DNA from: Eledone cirrhosa
Lineage: Eukaryota
Assembly (NCBI GenBank): GCA_964016885.1
Contig: OZ024743.1
Location: 81,840,001-81,904,000 of the forward strand
DNA: 64,000 nt
Direction: 5' to 3'
The position numbers and the translations under genes are program-made. Below, one piece after another: positions 59,990 through 64,000 of this stretch (the first letter of the stretch is position 1; each line of letters opens with the position of its first letter). The notes under the pieces were generated by a model, which did not search any database, was not told the DNA's origin, and saw only the letters and a list, made by a program, of their open reading frames with translations.

Positions 59990-62218
59990 GTCTGCCCTAA
60001 ACAACCCATACAGGATCAAACGTACTTCCTACAGCTCTTCACCGAGAAACGTCCTACGACGTCGATGCTCTTACCAAGTACGTCCTTGAAACTGAACCAC
60101 AACTTCTTCCGGACCAACGTCCTGCTTACACCATTGTTGCCGACCATGTGCGCCACAGAAAATGAGGTATGTTCTTTCTGGATGCTCCTGCAGGGACGGG
60201 CAAAACATTTTTAATGAGACTCCTTGCAAAAGTCAGGATACACAAGGACATTGCGGTTGCTGTTGCCTCTTCTGGAATTGCTGACACTTTGTTGCCCGGT
60301 GGCAGGACCGCACACTCCAGTTTTAAATTGCCTCTCAATTTAACAACGTCAGAAACGCCTACTTGCAGCATCAGCAAGACCTCCGACCAGAGCCAAGTCC
60401 TAAAACAATGTTAGCTCATTGTGTGGGATGAATGCACGATGGCCCATAAGGGAGCTCTGGACGCATTAAACAGAGCTCTAAAGGACATCAGAGGCTGCCA
60501 GGCTCCCATGGGAGGTGTTACGCTTTTGCTTTCGGGTGACTTCAGGCAGACTCTTCCCGTCATTCCCAAAGGCACAAGAGCAGATGAGGTCCAAGCATAC
60601 CTAAAGTCCTCTCCTCTGTGGTGCCATGTCAGTACACTGATTCCTACAACCAACATGAGAGCTCAATTACACGGCGACCAAACGTCCGCGGAATTTTCAC
60701 AGGACATTTTGAAACTTGGCGACGGCAAAATACCTCTGGACGCTGCAGGAGAGCTGGAAGTGTGGCCATTTTCGACCTCAGTTAATTCTGCGGGGGGGGG
60801 GGGGGGGGGGGATGAAAGACAAAGTGTTTCCAGATTTGAGAGACAATTATCGGAACCACGTATGGTTGTGTGAAAGAGCAGTGCTAGCTCCAAAAATACG
60901 TTGCTGGTAACAAAACCAACGACCAACTACTGCACTCCCTTCCTGGTGTTCTTCACATTTACAAATCTGTTTACACGATGCTAGATCCCAATGAAGTGGT
61001 GAACTTTCCGCCGGAGTTCCTCAATTCTTTGGAGCCCCCAGGACTACCGCTTCACATGCTTCTCCTTAAAGTTGGCACCACTGTAATGCTGCTGCGGAAT
61101 TTGGAACCACCAAGACTGTGCAACGGGACACGGCTGGCTGTAAAAAAATTGATGGCACATGTAATCGAGGCAACAATCATTTCTGGGTGCGGAAAAGGTG
61201 ATGATGTCTTCATTCCGAGAATTCCTCTCATTCCCTCGGGAGCAGAAATTCCGTTCACCTTCCGAAGTCTCCAATTTCCGCTTCGGGTCAGTTTTGCTAT
61301 GTCCATCAACAAGTTCCAGGGCCAGACTCTTTCTGTGGCCGGACTTCTTCTGGAAGAACCGTGTTTCTCCCACGGACAATTGTACGTTGGGTGCTCTAGA
61401 GTGGGCAGCAGGGAAAGTCTTTTCGCATTTGCACGCCGAGGAAAAACAAGAAACATCGTTTACAACGAGGTGTTGTAAATGCAATAGCGAGGAGATACGT
61501 CCGTAATCACCATTTCTTTAGCCAGCCTGATGAGCTTTTAAACAGTCTCTTAACTAAAACGTATGTTTCCCTCGGTTTAAGGTGATCGCCTTCAGAGAGG
61601 AACCAGCTTGACAATCGGCGCGGCAATTTAAGGCGGCTGAACAAATCGTGAACGCATACAGAGTCATTCTAATGGCTGCCAATGAACGCAATTGAAGTCC
61701 TTTTTGCGACCGTTGGAGAACGCAGTCAAAGTCCTTTCAAGGGCTGCAAGTGAACGATCAAACGGCACTTTTTAGGGCCGAAATTGTTGATGGTGACCAA
61801 TCATTTTTAAAGCTGTCAGTGAACACACACACACAGCCTTATTTAAGGGGCCCTACTTGAAATTGTTTGACGGCTACCGCAATGGTAAATTCAAATCGAC
61901 CAGCATCCGCTAAAACAGTGTTATAATCGCTACAGTGGACAGACAGGTACGTTATAGCTCTTCTTAACAAGCCCGGTTTACCTTTACTTATTTTTCCTAA
62001 CAACATTTGCTTCCTTTGGTTAAAGGCGAACACACGCACGACCCTTTCTTAGCTCTCCCCCTTCCTCCATGAAATTGGAAATATATTTTGCTCACAACAA
62101 TTATTTTTTTTATGAACTCTGAATTGATTTCATCGTGTGTCCCGATTGAAGAATAAATTGAATTTAAAATAACACATTTCAATACAACATATTTTGCAAC
62201 GCCGGGTGCCTATGCTAG
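59990..62218 (+). mobile_element. Helitron: Pif1 helicase pseudogene and 3' terminus (5' boundary uncertain, may extend to ~59500)
   Basis: FFLDAPAGTGKT, GGRTAHS.FKLP, WDECTM, GDFRQTLPV, LCNGTRL, FAMSINK.QGQTL, FSHGQLYVGCSRV, TRNIVYNEVL*; 3' gcaacgccgggtgc..CTAG|T at 62215-62219. Confidence 0.92.
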
Positions 62219-62219
62219 T

Positions 62220-62388
62220 AGTTTCTATATTGGGCACAGTTCCAACAATCTGAAGAGGAACGTCAATATAATCGACCCCGTTACTGGTACTTTGTTTTAT
62301 CGACCCAGTTAATAATAATTTAATTTGTTTGTGACGTGTCGGATGAAGTGGATATAAGAAAGAAAGGTTAAAGTGTGTGTATACATGG

Positions 62389-62467
<79 letters not shown>

Positions 62468-63070
62468 ACATGGAAATCAGAAGATTAAAAACAACAATAA
62501 CAATGGTCTCCAATTAAGGAAGTTGGCCAACAATTTGGTGAGAAACCGATTAAATAATTGACTAATACTTTATTTATCGACCCCGGGAAGATGAAAATTT
62601 AAACTCGGCCGGATTTGAACTCAGGATCTAAAGTCCTGTGGCTAAATATCGTAAGACATCCGAATAACAATAATAATAATTGTTTCTACTTTAGGCACAA
62701 GGCCAGCAATTCGCCAGTGCATTACTGGTACTTTATTTTATCGACCCCGTAAGGATGAAAGGCAAAGTCAACCTCGGCGGGATTTGAAATCAGATCGCAA
62801 AGGGACATAACTATGCTGGAAAGCATGGCGTCCGACCCTCTACCGATACTGCCTATCCACTGATTTCTACTATAGACACAATGCCAGGGGGAAAGAGAAA
62901 GTCGATTAAATCGAATCCAGTGCATTACTGGTACTTTATTTTATCGACAGAGTCAGGATGAAAAGCTAAGCTAACCTCGGCGGGATTTGAAATCAGAATG
63001 GAAAGGACCAAAATAAATACAACATGGGATTTTTACCCAACGCTTCACAGGTTATACTAATCAACTGCCA
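62220..63070 (-). mobile_element. Cluster of about four tRNA-SINE fragments
   Basis: Repeated actggtactttattttatcgacccc..ggatgaaaggcaaagtcaacctcggcgggatttgaa at ~62282, 62565, 62722 and 62925. Confidence 0.8.
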
Positions 63071-63472
63071 AAGGATGATGACGCAGGGCAGGTGACAGGA
63101 GGAGGAGAAAGGAGGTAACATAGAGGAGGTTGTAGACAGGAAGACATACTTCAGAATATCATCCAATAACATTTACTAACATTTACAATGTCAGGCTCCA
63201 GCACACAACACGCCATAAACCTTAAAGACTAAGAAATTACTACTACTACCTTCGCTAGACCATAGTAGAATACTTAGCTTTACTCATAAAATACGTTACA
63301 CTTAAAGATCATAAAGGTAATATTTCAGTCACCCTAAAGGCAATTTAACCAACTCCGCCCAAACTCTAATAACTATAGTTAGCAAATATGTTTTACATTT
63401 AAAAAAATCAATTACAATTCCTCTCCCAATGTGGAAGAATAGACGTCTGCAATAGAATGATTTAATAGCAAG

Positions 63473-63720
63473 TGGAGAAACGTGGCTTAATGGTTAGGGA
63501 ATTTGACTCACTTGAGTTCGATTCTCGGAGACGCGTTGACTCTTTGGGGAAGACATTGTATTTCACGTCGCCCCAAGCAACTCAGTTAAAAAAATGAGGT
63601 CACCTTGTAATTCAAAGACCACTGAATCTCCCCGAGAACTACGTTAAGGGTACACGTGCATATGGGATAGTCACCAATTACACGTTAATATCATTAACAA
63701 GTCGATCTGTTGTTGAACCA
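63473..63720 (+). mobile_element. Second tRNA-SINE family, decayed (fragment also at 46343-46400)
   Basis: gtggcttaatggttaggg A-box, gagttcgattc B-box, shared tatttcacgt motif. Confidence 0.6.
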
Positions 63721-64000
63721 ACACGTCAACAACATTACAAGTTGATGTAATTTGATATTTTAAAATTCTACATTCCTATAACTAAAGCGACTCTTTTCAG
63801 ACTTAACTACCAACAATAATTAAGATACAAGCAGGGAAATCTCTTCAGTTTTTCAGTAACTTATCCAATTATATAAATGAGAGACGAATTGTTTGATATG
63901 TCCGTGAGGTCCCATTCTGACCCTTTTGCGTACGTTATTCCCTATATAGAGTTTTATACAGAGATGGTCTTCTAATCCCTGTCAATATAAAGACATCATG

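Noticed and set aside
61527-61570. CTGATGA downstream of the Helitron ORF
   Set aside because: No GAAA or stem II/III follows.

Overview
Eukaryotic, repeat-saturated intergenic or intronic DNA. The very dense (TA)n/(GT)n tracts and the SINE families resemble those of octopod cephalopods (inference from recalled SINE motifs, not a search). No intact host protein gene is evident, and most ORFs in the track are microsatellite artefacts. Recognisable elements: four decayed Tx1/L1-clade LINEs (all minus strand), a CR1-group LINE fragment, RTE fragments, a decayed Mariner, a full-length hAT transposon with an 8-bp TSD, a Helitron helicase and 3' end, a Naiad-type Penelope GIY-YIG fragment, SINEs and several minisatellites. 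Most striking signal: many short non-coding islands between (TA)n tracts carry type I hammerhead ribozyme folds from at least eight unrelated families. These have palindromic stem III, very variable stem II and recurrent core variants, and occur as tandem ~450-545 nt units or head-to-head palindromes, i.e. a candidate (TA)n-targeted retrozyme / Penelope-parasite system. Second signal: the Tx1 elements conserve a GTAAGT splice donor at the ORF1 stop and an acceptor-like TAG at the ORF2 stop, suggesting ORF2 lies in an alternatively spliced intron. All folds were made by eye and none is experimentally or computationally validated.
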